Part shown: one piece after another, positions 52,688-63,853 of the stretch
How positions within the stretch are numbered: position 1 is the stretch's first letter
Layout of the letters: each line of letters begins with the position of its first letter
Sequence record: SRR31156797_381
Strand: one strand, 5' to 3'
Length of the DNA: 64,000 nucleotides
Translations under genes and position numbers: made by a program
The notes under the pieces: generated by a model
What the model was told of the DNA's origin: nothing
The model's input: only the letters and a program-made list of their open reading frames with translations
Databases searched by the model: none

Positions 52688-54238
52688 CTAGTATCCTCTT
52701 CTTAATATATATACCTTTACGTCATCACGTCTGCCCCATGTGTAGCATTCATCTTTTGTGTTCATAAATAAGTCTATCTGATTCCATCTATCTGCGTCAT
52801 GGCGGAATGCTCCTGTATCCTCTGCTATACAGTAGCCGTATCCTGTTACATAAAGCAATGAACCATATGGAATAGTAGATGGCACTACAGCGCATGTACC
52901 GGGATTTTCCAGAGTTCTGGTTGACCTAGGCTGTGTGCCTGTTGCTGTACCAGAACCAGTATGAGTATAAGCAGTTACGTGACCTGACATAGTTTCAATA
53001 TAGCTGGATGGTGCAGCTGGTATTGATGGATTCGTTGCCTGTTCTCCTGGATTACTTACCGTTATCTCGTCATAATCACTGGTATCATCATCAGAATCGT
53101 CGGAATCAGATGAACTGTCGCTGCTGCCGGAACTACTTGCTATTGCTGTACCCCACAATTTTATCATAGGAATTGCTTCAACAACAACTTCACGAGCTAT
53201 CTCAGTTCTGCTGTCTTCTACACCGTCAATATACTTAACTTCATAAGTAATCTGAGCAGTACCGTCAACACCCTCCTGAGTAATGGCATAGAGCCCTGCA
53301 TTAACTGTATTGGTTTCGCCCTCTTCTACTTCATATGGAATAGTCTCAACAACTTTTATTTCCTCTGTACTCACATCCTTGTACACTATTTCCATGTCAG
53401 CCTCAACCATAGTGTCAGCAGAAGGTTCCACAATGTCAGCTTCCTCATATTCAATTCCTGCATCTTCCAAGACCTGACCTACTGTAGTGTAGTGAGTTGT
53501 AACTCTGCTAGAAGCATTATTTTTTACTATATTAACTTCAATCTTTTGTGATACTACAATCTCCATTGTATCATACAGACTATCATCCAGCTCAGATGAT
53601 ACATGAATATCATCAGTTACTTCTATATTGTTTTCTTCTAAAAGCTCACCTACAGTTTTTACATTTGTCTCCAGTTTGGTTTCAATTCCGTTATGAATAA
53701 GAGTTAGTTTTACTGCGTCCTCAGAAACACTCTCCATATTTGTATTAACCAGAGTAGTTTTTTCTTTAGGAGTAAAATCAAAATCAAATGATTTAAATGC
53801 AAGATACCCTGCCGTAATTACAACACAAGCTATTACACCGATAAAAACTCCACGAAATACCTTTCGTCTCTTATCATGATATTCCTCGATCTTTTCTCTC
53901 TCTTTTTTACGCTTATATTCTTCCGAAGATCTGCGTCCTTCATCAGCTGTTTTTGCGTCATTTCTGCGTGAAAAGCGTGAACTTTCTTTTATTTGATTTG
54001 TGTCATTATTTAGTTCATTTTTTTCTTCTTTATCCTGCTTATTAAAACGTCTGCTTCGAGTGATTTTGGATTTTATATCTACAATTTTACTATTCTTGTC
54101 TAATCTGTCTATATTTTTATTATTTTCTAATGCTTTTGCCTTTTCATCAGCTTTGTCTGCATTTTTCTGCGCATGAAAAGAGTCGGCGAATCCTCGCCTT
54201 TGCTTTATACTCCTATTCTTGTCTTTATTTAAAATCAT
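52688..54238 (-). CDS. YabE-like cell-wall protein: TM + DUF348 repeats + G5 + 3D domain
   Basis: TVGELL/TVGQVL repeats, QEGVDG G5, TAYT...TATG...AEDTG...IDLF; adjacent to rsmA. Confidence 0.85.
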   Translation of the reverse strand: MILNKDKNRSIKQRRGFADSFHAQKNADKADEKAKALENNKNIDRLDKNSKIVDIKSKITRSRRFNKQDKEEKNELNNDTNQIKESSRFSRRNDAKTADEGRRSSEEYKRKKEREKIEEYHDKRRKVFRGVFIGVIACVVITAGYLAFKSFDFDFTPKEKTTLVNTNMESVSEDAVKLTLIHNGIETKLETNVKTVGELLEENNIEVTDDIHVSSELDDSLYDTMEIVVSQKIEVNIVKNNASSRVTTHYTTVGQVLEDAGIEYEEADIVEPSADTMVEADMEIVYKDVSTEEIKVVETIPYEVEEGETNTVNAGLYAITQEGVDGTAQITYEVKYIDGVEDSRTEIAREVVVEAIPMIKLWGTAIASSSGSSDSSSDSDDSDDDTSDYDEITVSNPGEQATNPSIPAAPSSYIETMSGHVTAYTHTGSGTATGTQPRSTRTLENPGTCAVVPSTIPYGSLLYVTGYGYCIAEDTGAFRHDADRWNQIDLFMNTKDECYTWGRRDDVKVYILRRGY

Positions 54239-54565
54239 ACAATACCTCACATTAAACATATTACAATTATATTACAGATACGTTACACTGTCAACGAAAC
54301 TGCAGTTGGTATAAATATGCAATTCCAAAATACCTATATTTATATGCTGATTATTTCTTTATTATTCCTAAAACATAACCATAAACTAAAAAAATAACTA
54401 TGTCAATATATGAAAATAGGCTTAAATGTTAATATTTCCTTAAAATTTTTATGCTATTATCATTAATCTAGGTTATTTTATTAGTTTACTATCAAATACT
54501 ATTAAAATATCTTACTACTGAATATAAATACATATATTTGTTATTATAATAATGAGGAAACACAT

Positions 54566-55129
54566 TTGAGCATATTTGAATTAATTGTAATATCTATAGC
54601 CCTTGCAATGGACTGTTTCAGCGTATCCATATCCTGTGGTCTGTGTGATATATATCATAAGAGAAGAACTGCCACCAGAGCAGGCTTATATTTTGGAACG
54701 TTCCAGGGATTAATGGTCCTGGGCGGTCTGTTAACTGCATCAACCTTTGCAAAATACATTGAACCTATTGACCACTGGGTAGCATTCGTACTTCTTTGTT
54801 TTATCGGCGGCAAGATGATATATGAAGCATTCAATGAAGGCGAAGAAAGAGCAGATATGACTTCCACTAAATCCATGATAATACTGTCAATAGCAACCAG
54901 TATAGATGCATTTGCAGCTGGTATTGGATTGGCTGCAGTCAGTGCTCCAATTCTACTGTCAGTAATAATGGTTTTTTCAGCGTCTCTTATTCTGTCTTAC
55001 TTTGGTGTACTAATTGGGTGCAGACTGTCAAAGAATAATCCTTCAAAACTCTTTGATGTATTAGGCGGAGTAATCCTGCTTATAATTGGAACCAAAATAC
55101 TCATTGAACACTTAATGCAGCATCAGTAG
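54566..55129 (+). CDS. mntP: Manganese efflux pump MntP family (TTG start)
   Basis: ALAMDCFSVS, DHW, ATSIDAFAAG. Confidence 0.88.
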   Translation: MSIFELIVISIALAMDCFSVSISCGLCDIYHKRRTATRAGLYFGTFQGLMVLGGLLTASTFAKYIEPIDHWVAFVLLCFIGGKMIYEAFNEGEERADMTSTKSMIILSIATSIDAFAAGIGLAAVSAPILLSVIMVFSASLILSYFGVLIGCRLSKNNPSKLFDVLGGVILLIIGTKILIEHLMQHQ

Positions 55130-55195
55130 CTTTAGTAATTGAATCAAGTATATACAAAAATAATGAAGGTTACTACTTTGTCTTAATGATACTTA

Positions 55196-56170
55196 CTAAA
55201 GACTCTCAACATATCTTGCTTTTATCAGGATGAATTCCTCCATCTCTATTAAGTACTGATACAAAGTTGCACGGCACTCAAACTGTTCCCGTGTTTTTGG
55301 CAATGGACGCAGCTTAAAGTATTCGTAGTACTCCTGTGTAAGTTTCAAGAGATCATCTACAGGTGACTGAGCTGAGAATCTATTGGATATTATCTGCGTG
55401 AATTCACTTAGCTTATCAGCCTCATGATGAGAAATAAACAATAGTTCCAGCTTCTCCTTCATATGCATTAGCCTATACACCTGTTCATGTCTCATGTCAA
55501 AATACTTATCATAATCAAAAGGTGTGCTGAAAAGTGCATTGTTTCTATATCTTTCTGCTATGGAGATATAGTTCTGTATCCGTTTTTCTATTTCAATGAG
55601 AGAGTGAGCATTATCCTCAAGCATACAATGATTTTTTAGGTTGTGAGACATTACAATCAGATGATTCTTATACTGATCTTCAATATATTTTATTCCCTCC
55701 TTGAGACGCTTTTCCTCATCTGGCATATGAAGCGTAAGTATGAACCCCATAACAACACCAATAAGCAGTATGTATACTTCATTAAGAAATACAGAAGAAG
55801 TGATATTCCTTATCATATATAAATGCCCTGCCAATACCAGAGAGCTGGCTATAGAAAAAGCCGAATTTGCTAGATATGATAGAAAAGATACAATTAAAAC
55901 GAATACTGCTAACGCCCATAGATTATACCCTATGGTTGCAAACAATATTGTAGCAATTGTTAAGGATATAATACCAGCAATTACTCTTTTTACTCCCACA
56001 CGCAGTGTTTCTTTGCGACTGCCAAGAAGGCTCAGTATTGCAATTATTCCCGAAGATAATGGATAATTAAGCCCCAATAAACTAGCTATCAGTATTGCAA
56101 GAGTTGCACCCACTACATTTTTCATAGTATTATACAGTGCTTTAATAATAGTTTTCTTAGTTATATTCAT
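55196..56170 (-). CDS. Aromatic acid exporter (ArAE_1/FUSC-like) family protein
   Basis: SSGIIAILSL N-terminal TMs; YFDMRxxQ; LPKTREQFECRATLYQ. Confidence 0.82.
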   Translation of the reverse strand: MNITKKTIIKALYNTMKNVVGATLAILIASLLGLNYPLSSGIIAILSLLGSRKETLRVGVKRVIAGIISLTIATILFATIGYNLWALAVFVLIVSFLSYLANSAFSIASSLVLAGHLYMIRNITSSVFLNEVYILLIGVVMGFILTLHMPDEEKRLKEGIKYIEDQYKNHLIVMSHNLKNHCMLEDNAHSLIEIEKRIQNYISIAERYRNNALFSTPFDYDKYFDMRHEQVYRLMHMKEKLELLFISHHEADKLSEFTQIISNRFSAQSPVDDLLKLTQEYYEYFKLRPLPKTREQFECRATLYQYLIEMEEFILIKARYVESL

Positions 56171-56343
56171 AGTTGAGCCTTCTAAATAAGATTCTTATAT
56201 TTTACCACAGATTACCTGCTATTTACTTAATTTATCCAAAAAACAGTATTTAAATGAATTAGCATCAGTTTGTTAAAATGTCATACAAAAAGCAGCCGAA
56301 GAATAAACCATCAGCTGCTTTAATAATTACTTCATATAAATAT

Positions 56344-57381
56344 TTACTGAACCTTAACTCTGACCCAAGCATCATCATATATTGATTTAAATTCACCTAA
56401 GTCATTGTACACATCACATCTTGCTACTTCCTCTGCTGTAGGATTAAATGCTGAAGTACCTAGCATAGTTTCATCTTCTACCATAGAAAGTGCTTCAGAT
56501 TGTGGTGTAGAATAGCAGATATAATCAACATTTTGGAACGCGATATCTGTAGAACACATAAACTCAATAAACTTAACTGCATTATCATAGTTTTTGCTTG
56601 TCTGTGGTATAACCATTGCATCTACCCAAATATTCGAGCCTTCCTCAGGGATAGCATAGGCTAAATCCTCATTCTCCCATATTGTCTCCATAGCATCACC
56701 TGAATATACTACAGCAAGTGCTGCTTCACCTGCAATCATTTTGTCCTTACCGTCGTCTGTAATATATGCTAATACCAATGAGCTTTGCTCTATTAACAAA
56801 TTTCTAACTTCTTCGATTTCAGCTTCATTTCGGGTATTAATGTCATAGCCAAGTTTTTTCAAAGCTACCATCATTGAGTCTCTGGCAGAATCGTACATGA
56901 ATATCTGACCGGAATACTTCTCATCCCACAAAATATCCCAGCTGGTAACTTCTTCATCAACCATAGTTGTATTATACAGTATTCCAACAGTACCCCACAT
57001 ATATGGAACTGAGTAACTATTTGATTCGTCATATGCTAGGTTCTTGTAATTCTCATCTATCAAATTATAGTTTGCTAGATTTGCAGTATCAATCTCTGCC
57101 AGCATATCTTCATTTATCATGCGTTCAATCATATAGTCAGATGGAAAAAGCACATCATAGTCCCCAGCACCAGACTTAATCTTTGCATACATTTCCTCAT
57201 TTGATGCAAAAGTTGAGTAGTTTACTTTGATACCTGTTTCCTCTTCAAACTGAGCTATAACATCTTCACCAATATAATCACCCCAGTTGTAGATATTTAG
57301 CTCATCTACGTTGTCACCTGTACATCCTGCTAGTGAAAAAATCACTGTAACTGTCAATATTAACACAATTATTTTTTTCAT
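56344..57381 (-). CDS. potD: Spermidine/putrescine ABC substrate-binding lipoprotein
   Basis: Lipobox LAGC; YNWGDYI, SNEEMY, PSDY, PYMWGT. Confidence 0.93.
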   Translation of the reverse strand: MKKIIVLILTVTVIFSLAGCTGDNVDELNIYNWGDYIGEDVIAQFEEETGIKVNYSTFASNEEMYAKIKSGAGDYDVLFPSDYMIERMINEDMLAEIDTANLANYNLIDENYKNLAYDESNSYSVPYMWGTVGILYNTTMVDEEVTSWDILWDEKYSGQIFMYDSARDSMMVALKKLGYDINTRNEAEIEEVRNLLIEQSSLVLAYITDDGKDKMIAGEAALAVVYSGDAMETIWENEDLAYAIPEEGSNIWVDAMVIPQTSKNYDNAVKFIEFMCSTDIAFQNVDYICYSTPQSEALSMVEDETMLGTSAFNPTAEEVARCDVYNDLGEFKSIYDDAWVRVKVQ

Positions 57382-57420
57382 TTTAAATTCCTTTCATATA
57401 TAAAACTTTAACTATTATCA

Positions 57421-58185
57421 TTAATCATTACTTAAAAACAATCTTCTGCCTACTGCAAACATCAGAGCAAATACTACTATAAACATTATACTCATCAATG
57501 CGTATAGCGAAGGCTCAATGCCTCGTCTGGCAGTAGAATAAATATATATTGATAAATTCTGTACTCCCGATGTAGTAAAGAATGAAATTATAAAATCATC
57601 AATAGACAAGGTAAATGCCAGAATCATACCTGTGATTATTCCCGGCATTATCTGCGGCATTACAACCTTTGTAAGTGCCTCAATCTGACTTGCGCCTAAA
57701 TCCAGTGCCGCTTCATATGTATTCGGATTCATCTGCTTAAGTTTAGGCATTACAGAAAAAATTACATATGGTGTATTAAAAGCTATATGAGCTAGAAGCA
57801 TCGTAAAAAATCCCAGCTTAAACTTAAGAAATACAAACAATATCATCAAGGATATTCCGGTAACAATATCAGGATTAATTATTGGGAAATAAGAAACATT
57901 TAATATCAAGTTTCTTGACTTGCTGCCAAGTCCGAATATACCTACTGCAGCAATAGTCCCTATAGCACCGGAAATTATTGATGCCAGTACTGCAATAGCA
58001 ATTGTTACATATAGTGCTTCTCCAATATCACTGCTGCTAAATAATTCCTTATACCATTGCAGGGAAAAACCACCAAAATTAGCTCTGGATTTACCCTTTG
58101 AAAATGAGAATACTATTATCATCAGAACCGGAGCATACATAAATATTAGAACTAAGCCAAGGTATGCTTTCTTATACCATTTCAT
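57421..58185 (-). CDS. potC: Spermidine/putrescine ABC permease
   Basis: NPDIVTG, EAALDLGA, SIDDF. Confidence 0.93.
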   Translation of the reverse strand: MKWYKKAYLGLVLIFMYAPVLMIIVFSFSKGKSRANFGGFSLQWYKELFSSSDIGEALYVTIAIAVLASIISGAIGTIAAVGIFGLGSKSRNLILNVSYFPIINPDIVTGISLMILFVFLKFKLGFFTMLLAHIAFNTPYVIFSVMPKLKQMNPNTYEAALDLGASQIEALTKVVMPQIMPGIITGMILAFTLSIDDFIISFFTTSGVQNLSIYIYSTARRGIEPSLYALMSIMFIVVFALMFAVGRRLFLSND

Positions 58186-59000
58186 ATTATTGAGCTCCTG
58201 TCATCATTATCACCGCTTACCTTGGTCAATGCTGTCATTGTTATTAGAATCAATATCATCATTACAACTGACAGAAGCGAGCCAAAATTCCAGTTACCAC
58301 TTGCCATGAACTGCTGCTCTATTAAATCACCAAACATCATAAACTGAGAACCGCCTAATAATCTGGAAATAACAAAAGTGGTTACTGACGGCATAAAGAC
58401 CATGATTATTCCAGAAATGATTCCGGGAATAGACAGCGGCAAAGTAACACGAAAAAACACTTGCATTGCATTTGCACCCAAATCACCCGCAGCCTCTAAG
58501 ATTGATTTATCCATTTTCTTTAGTACCGTATATGTAGGTAGTATCATAAAGGGTAAGAAATTATAAACCATACCCAAAAGTACTGCTCTTGCATTATATA
58601 GGAGCTGGACTTTTTCGAAACCTAGGTATGCCAAAAATGAATTTATTACACCAGTGTTTTCAAGCAGTGACATCCATGCATATGTACGTAGCAGCAAATT
58701 AATCCACATCGGAAGAACAAACAGCATTATCCAAACCGAACTGACATTGCTTCTGGCTAAAATATAGCTGATTGGATAACCGATGATAAAGCAGATAACA
58801 GTACACAAAAACGCTGAATACAACGATCTCCAAAGGACTTTCAGATATATAGGGTCAAAGAATTTTATCAGATGTTTAAATGTAATACTACTGTCAGAGG
58901 GCACATTGGTAAATGCAAAATACACTACCAGAATCATTGGAAGTATTGTAAATACCAACATCCATATAATATAGGGATATGCAAAGTGCTTTCTTTTCAT
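58182..59000 (-). CDS. potB: Spermidine/putrescine ABC permease
   Basis: PMWINLLLRTYAW, EAAGDLGA. Confidence 0.93.
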   Translation of the reverse strand: MKRKHFAYPYIIWMLVFTILPMILVVYFAFTNVPSDSSITFKHLIKFFDPIYLKVLWRSLYSAFLCTVICFIIGYPISYILARSNVSSVWIMLFVLPMWINLLLRTYAWMSLLENTGVINSFLAYLGFEKVQLLYNARAVLLGMVYNFLPFMILPTYTVLKKMDKSILEAAGDLGANAMQVFFRVTLPLSIPGIISGIIMVFMPSVTTFVISRLLGGSQFMMFGDLIEQQFMASGNWNFGSLLSVVMMILILITMTALTKVSGDNDDRSSII

Positions 59001-59004
59001 ATCG

Positions 59005-60054
59005 CTATTCCTCTCTCATCAATTTCATTACATGAATATCATTTGGCTCTATCTCGATACCTACTTCGCTTCCTACTTCCTGCGGGTCAACATTATGGCA
59101 CAGCCACATTATGCCATTGAAATCCAGTATCTGCATTTCATAATGTACGCCTTTAAATATAATTGACTGAACAATTCCCTTTAGCATACCTTTGTCTTCT
59201 GGTACAATATTAATATCCTCAGGGCGGACTACTACTTCTACACTTTCATTCTTTTCAAATCCCTTATCTACACATATAAATTCCGTGTCAGAGAATTTGA
59301 CTAAGTAATCCTTAATCATAACTGAATCGCTTATTATATTGCTTTCACCTATAAAATCTGCAACATAATTATTTATCGGCTCATTGTAAATATCTATAGG
59401 AGTACCCATCTGATGAATTTTCCCATCCTTCATTACAACCACAGTATCACTCATAGTGATTGCTTCCTCCTGATCATGGGTAACGTATACAAAAGTAATC
59501 TTTAGCTCCTGCTGCATCTTCTTTAGCTCTAATTGCATCTGCTTACGAAGCTTTAAGTCCAGTGCTCCAAGCGGTTCATCCAGCAGAAGTACTTTTGGCT
59601 TATTAATTAGTGCTCTAGCGATTGCTACTCTTTGCTGCTGACCACCAGAGAGCTTAGTAACTTTTCGCTTACCATAGCCCGTTAAATTGACCATTTTAAG
59701 CATTTTATTTACTTGCTTATCTATTTCATCATTTGTCAACTTCTTTAGCTTCAACCCAAATGCAATATTGTCATAAACATTTAAATGGGGAAACAGTGCA
59801 TAATTCTGAAAAACAGTATTTACCTGTCTTTTATTTGGCGGTATATCCTGCAAATCCTGACCGTTCATTGTTACTTTACCGCTGTCAGCACTCTCAAAAC
59901 CTGCAATTATGCGAAGAAGCGTAGTCTTGCCGCAGCCAGAGGGTCCTAAAAGAGTCAGAAACTCATGTTCCTTGATTGTCAAATCAATATCGTCCAGAGC
60001 TACAGTATCACCATCATATACTTTTCTAACATTTTCTATCCTAATCATACTCAT
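59005..60054 (-). CDS. potA: Spermidine/putrescine ABC ATP-binding protein
   Basis: [33 protein letters not shown]. Confidence 0.95.
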   Translation of the reverse strand: MSMIRIENVRKVYDGDTVALDDIDLTIKEHEFLTLLGPSGCGKTTLLRIIAGFESADSGKVTMNGQDLQDIPPNKRQVNTVFQNYALFPHLNVYDNIAFGLKLKKLTNDEIDKQVNKMLKMVNLTGYGKRKVTKLSGGQQQRVAIARALINKPKVLLLDEPLGALDLKLRKQMQLELKKMQQELKITFVYVTHDQEEAITMSDTVVVMKDGKIHQMGTPIDIYNEPINNYVADFIGESNIISDSVMIKDYLVKFSDTEFICVDKGFEKNESVEVVVRPEDINIVPEDKGMLKGIVQSIIFKGVHYEMQILDFNGIMWLCHNVDPQEVGSEVGIEIEPNDIHVMKLMREE

Positions 60055-60056
60055 AC

Positions 60057-60596
60057 CTAAAAGCTTGGAGGCTGTGCCACCCAAATTATCCTTGCTTGCT
60101 TTTTACCTTCATTTATTAAATAATGTGCCTGATGAGGTTCAAAATAAAATGACTCACCTTTTTTTACTTTATGCTTTTTATTACCGATACATACTGAAAT
60201 CATACCACTTATAACATATCCGAACTCTTCACCCTCATGAGGGTCATGGCTATTAGTTCTCCCGCCCTCATCCAATACAACCAGTATCGGCTCCATCATA
60301 TTTGTCTGTGCATTAGGAACAAGCCATGTAACAGATGCACCAATATCTTCAAATACTTTTTCTCCAAAGTCTGACGCGCGAAAAACTACCTTTTTTGCTT
60401 CATCATCTGAAAAAAATTCATTTAAATCAGTGCCTAGGCAAGAGAGTATATCTACCAATGTTGATATAGACGGTGAAGTCAAGTCTCTCTCCAGCTGAGA
60501 AATATAGCCCTTTGTCAGTTCTGTTCGATTTGCCAGCTCCTCCTGAGTCAAGTTGTACATAAGCCTAAGGGATTTAATTTTATCACCAATCATCAT
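60057..60596 (-). CDS. XRE HTH-cupin regulator (PuuR-like) heading the pot operon
   Basis: LTQEELA...[23 protein letters not shown] cupin. Confidence 0.9.
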   Translation of the reverse strand: MMIGDKIKSLRLMYNLTQEELANRTELTKGYISQLERDLTSPSISTLVDILSCLGTDLNEFFSDDEAKKVVFRASDFGEKVFEDIGASVTWLVPNAQTNMMEPILVVLDEGGRTNSHDPHEGEEFGYVISGMISVCIGNKKHKVKKGESFYFEPHQAHYLINEGKKQARIIWVAQPPSF

Positions 60597-60620
60597 GATA
60601 ACACTCTTTCTAAACCTGAC

Positions 60621-60637
60621 GTTTAATATTATTAAAC
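60621..60637. promoter_or_regulatory. Perfect inverted repeat, candidate operator of the XRE-cupin regulator
   Basis: GTTTAATA-T-TATTAAAC between a TTGACA promoter and the RBS. Confidence 0.55.
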
Positions 60638-60741
60638 TTTTATAGTATATTTTTATCATATAGCAAAAAGAATGTCAATATAAAAAAAGAGCCTGAACTA
60701 AGAAGTTTTTGGCTCAAATTCTATATAATATTAAATAAAAA

Positions 60742-62541
60742 TCATTCGTTAGTTTTAAACATCAATGTTACAGGAATATCATTATTTTCAATGTTAAAAA
60801 AGCTCATGAGTATCATTTCATCAGAATCTATACCGTGGTATATTGCACCCGTAATCATATCCATCTCATAGCTTAATTTCTTAGTATCTACATTATAATA
60901 GTATAGTGCAACAGGAAATTCATCTTCCCAGTCAATAACATTGTCCTGAGTAAAATATACTCCGGAACTATCCGAATTAAATGCATACGCAACCACCATC
61001 TTATTATCAACGATTTTTGTCAGTTCTTTACTGTCTAAATCATATAAAAACAAAGAATTCATGCTGGCGTCGTCAGTAGGCATATCATTTACTATCATCA
61101 TTTTACCGTCATCAGATATCTTAAAGGAGTTGCCCTCTACAATGAATTCCTCCTCGCCACTTTCAATATTCAGTGCATAAATACCAACAAAAGCCCCATC
61201 ATTATTTAGATAATAGATTTTTCCGTTCCGTACATAAAGCATTGATGCCATATGTACTGTATCATTAATGGATTTTGCTTCTATCTTTTTATATTTTATC
61301 TCGTAACAAATCAGATGTTTTATCTCACCCTCCCCAACAATTGCATACAAACAGTATCCATCCTCAGACCATGCAATACTTGAAATATCACTACCGTAAT
61401 CCAAATCCTGCACTTCTTTGACATCACCAGAAATACTGTCAATGATGTATAGCATACGATTTTCATTTTTTTGATCTATTAGGGCAATGTACCTGCTGTC
61501 ATAGGAATAATCAGCAAAAGTAATTGATTCAAATTGCATATCAGTTATTTGTCTTTTTTCACTCTCAGAGCAAAACCACAATTGTTCATATGTTCTTATG
61601 CCGCTATCATCTTCCTCGACATAGTATTTAGCAAAAAGGTTTGCTGAAAAGTTACTATTCATTGATAAAAATCTGCCCTTACACAGAAGCTTATCAGCAT
61701 AATGCATAGTCCCTTTCTCACCTATAGGTTCATCTATGATATCATCGATTTTGTAATCATAGCTGTATTTGGGAAGTGAATTGTAATTAATATTGATGAT
61801 ATCAATTTCTTCAGTAAATAAACTCTCACCAATATTATTATCTAAATACTCCTGAGCATCTTCTGCGCTATCAAATGGTCCATTAAGCATTAAACTGTTT
61901 GTCAAATCATCGCATATACATGGATAAAAGTCCACCAGATTAAATTCACCAAGGGTGTATTCATAGAATTTATTTGCTGCTAAGTAGTATCCATCGGTTT
62001 GAATTGATGCTTTAGGTGAAAACTGTATAATCAATTTGTTCTTATTTTCTAAAACATTGTAGGTGTAATCATTTAAAGTGGAAATATATAAATAAACAGC
62101 TCCATCTACAGAAGTCTCCTGAAGCAAGATACCGGATATTACTTCACTTACTATACTTGAGTTCTGACTATCTGTATAAGAGACAGAATCTAATCCATCT
62201 ATTTTTATAACCATTCTGTCTGCGCCGTCGATTCTAGATATAGAATACTGTGGTATTCCTTTCCTGCGTATAGATGTGGAAAACTCGCTTCCGTCATTAT
62301 CCTCAAATGTTATTTGCAGTTCTTCAAGATTATCATCATTAACTAAGACAGTTACTGATTGTAAACCAAGATTATCTATGTCCCTGCCGCCTTCTACTAC
62401 ACTTTGCTCATCATAAGCAAACATAAACTCGCCCACATCAAGATTAACCTTTGTGTTTGTTTTGCAGGAAACAAAAGTCATAACAAGAATAATAGCACTA
62501 AGTGCTACTATAATAATTTTATTTAAATGCTTGTAGTTCAT
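60742..62541 (-). CDS. Lipoprotein with C-terminal WD40/TolB-like beta-propeller
   Basis: Lipobox FVSC; repeats YSYDSRYIA, WSEDG, ISDDGK, FNSDSSGVYF. Confidence 0.7.
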   Translation of the reverse strand: MNYKHLNKIIIVALSAIILVMTFVSCKTNTKVNLDVGEFMFAYDEQSVVEGGRDIDNLGLQSVTVLVNDDNLEELQITFEDNDGSEFSTSIRRKGIPQYSISRIDGADRMVIKIDGLDSVSYTDSQNSSIVSEVISGILLQETSVDGAVYLYISTLNDYTYNVLENKNKLIIQFSPKASIQTDGYYLAANKFYEYTLGEFNLVDFYPCICDDLTNSLMLNGPFDSAEDAQEYLDNNIGESLFTEEIDIININYNSLPKYSYDYKIDDIIDEPIGEKGTMHYADKLLCKGRFLSMNSNFSANLFAKYYVEEDDSGIRTYEQLWFCSESEKRQITDMQFESITFADYSYDSRYIALIDQKNENRMLYIIDSISGDVKEVQDLDYGSDISSIAWSEDGYCLYAIVGEGEIKHLICYEIKYKKIEAKSINDTVHMASMLYVRNGKIYYLNNDGAFVGIYALNIESGEEEFIVEGNSFKISDDGKMMIVNDMPTDDASMNSLFLYDLDSKELTKIVDNKMVVAYAFNSDSSGVYFTQDNVIDWEDEFPVALYYYNVDTKKLSYEMDMITGAIYHGIDSDEMILMSFFNIENNDIPVTLMFKTNE

Positions 62542-62572
62542 CGCTTCTTAATCCTCATAATTGAACACATCA

Positions 62573-63853
62573 TTACGTCAGTGCTGCAAAAGATTGTTCA
62601 AACTTATCTACTATATCCTCTAGTTTTATATTTAACAGATTCCCTCTCTCCATCAGCACTTTACCGTCAATCATAGTCATTTCTATCTCATTTCTAGACG
62701 CTGAGTAAACGATATTATTGCATGTGCCTGCCTTTGGTATCATAAAGGGCGATTTGTTATTTATCATTATAATATCTGCTCTTTTTCCTGTCTCCAAAGA
62801 GCCAATCAAATGCTCCATACCAAAAGCTTTTGCTCCATTTATTGTTGCCATTTTAATGGTTGATTCTGCATTCATACTCGCTGGATTATTGGCAGCGCAT
62901 TTAACCGCCAGTGAACCAACATGCATTTCCTCCAGCATATCAAGATTATTATTGCTGGCTGCACCATCAGTACCTAAAGCTACATTTATTCCTGCATCAA
63001 TGATTTTATTAATTGGAGCAAATCCGCTTGCAAGTTTCATATTGCTGGACGGACAATAGACAATAGATACATTGTACTTTTTGAATATTTCAATATCTTC
63101 ATCACTAAGTGCAACGCAGTGAACTGCAATAACTCCTACATCAAACAGTCCTAGACTCTCTAAATACTTAACAGGTGTCATGCCCGTACGCTTAATACAA
63201 TCATCCACTTCCTTATATGTTTCTGCTATGTGAATATGTATCTTTTTGCTACTTTCTTTGGCTATCGCAATTACTTTCTTAATAGTTTCTTCAGTATTGG
63301 TATATTCAGTGTGAATACCTGCCATAGTTTTGATTTTATTATCTCCAAGTTCAAATACATATTTATTAAGCGATGTGTATTTATCTTCTGAATCTGAAGC
63401 TACAATGCCGTTTGATAATACTGCTCTAATGCCCATTTCTAAGGCGATATCTGCTATTGTTTCCTCGTAAAAATACATATCAGAAAAGCACGTAGTACCG
63501 CTTAACAGCATTTCCATTATACCGATTTGCGCACCTAACCTTACATCTTCTGCTGTCATCTTCGCTTCGGCTGGTAAAATCTTCTCATTAAGCCATCTAT
63601 CAAGAGGCAAATCCGTACCATATCCTCTCAGTAAAGTCATTGGAACATGAGTGTGAGTATTCACAAGTCCCGGCATGATAATCTTGTTGTGTGCATGTAT
63701 AACGCTGTCAGCGTCAAATTCTTTCTCAAAATCCAGACTATATTCACCAACATAGGCTATTTCATTGTTTTTAACCCCCAGCATTCCATTAGTTATTATA
63801 TCAAAATTTTCATTTACAGTTACTATTTCCGCTCCCTTAAAAAGCCTTTTCAA
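62573..63853 (-). CDS. mtaD: 5-methylthioadenosine/S-adenosylhomocysteine deaminase-like amidohydrolase (TTG start)
   Basis: PGLVNTHTH, HIAET, SNMKLASG, GTDGAASNN. Confidence 0.85.
   Translation of the reverse strand: MKRLFKGAEIVTVNENFDIITNGMLGVKNNEIAYVGEYSLDFEKEFDADSVIHAHNKIIMPGLVNTHTHVPMTLLRGYGTDLPLDRWLNEKILPAEAKMTAEDVRLGAQIGIMEMLLSGTTCFSDMYFYEETIADIALEMGIRAVLSNGIVASDSEDKYTSLNKYVFELGDNKIKTMAGIHTEYTNTEETIKKVIAIAKESSKKIHIHIAETYKEVDDCIKRTGMTPVKYLESLGLFDVGVIAVHCVALSDEDIEIFKKYNVSIVYCPSSNMKLASGFAPINKIIDAGINVALGTDGAASNNNLDMLEEMHVGSLAVKCAANNPASMNAESTIKMATINGAKAFGMEHLIGSLETGKRADIIMINNKSPFMIPKAGTCNNIVYSASRNEIEMTMIDGKVLMERGNLLNIKLEDIVDKFEQSFAALT

Noticed and set aside
54260-54565. yybP-ykoY Mn riboswitch upstream of mntP
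   Set aside because: Extremely AT-rich region with no recognisable stems or conserved aptamer sequence
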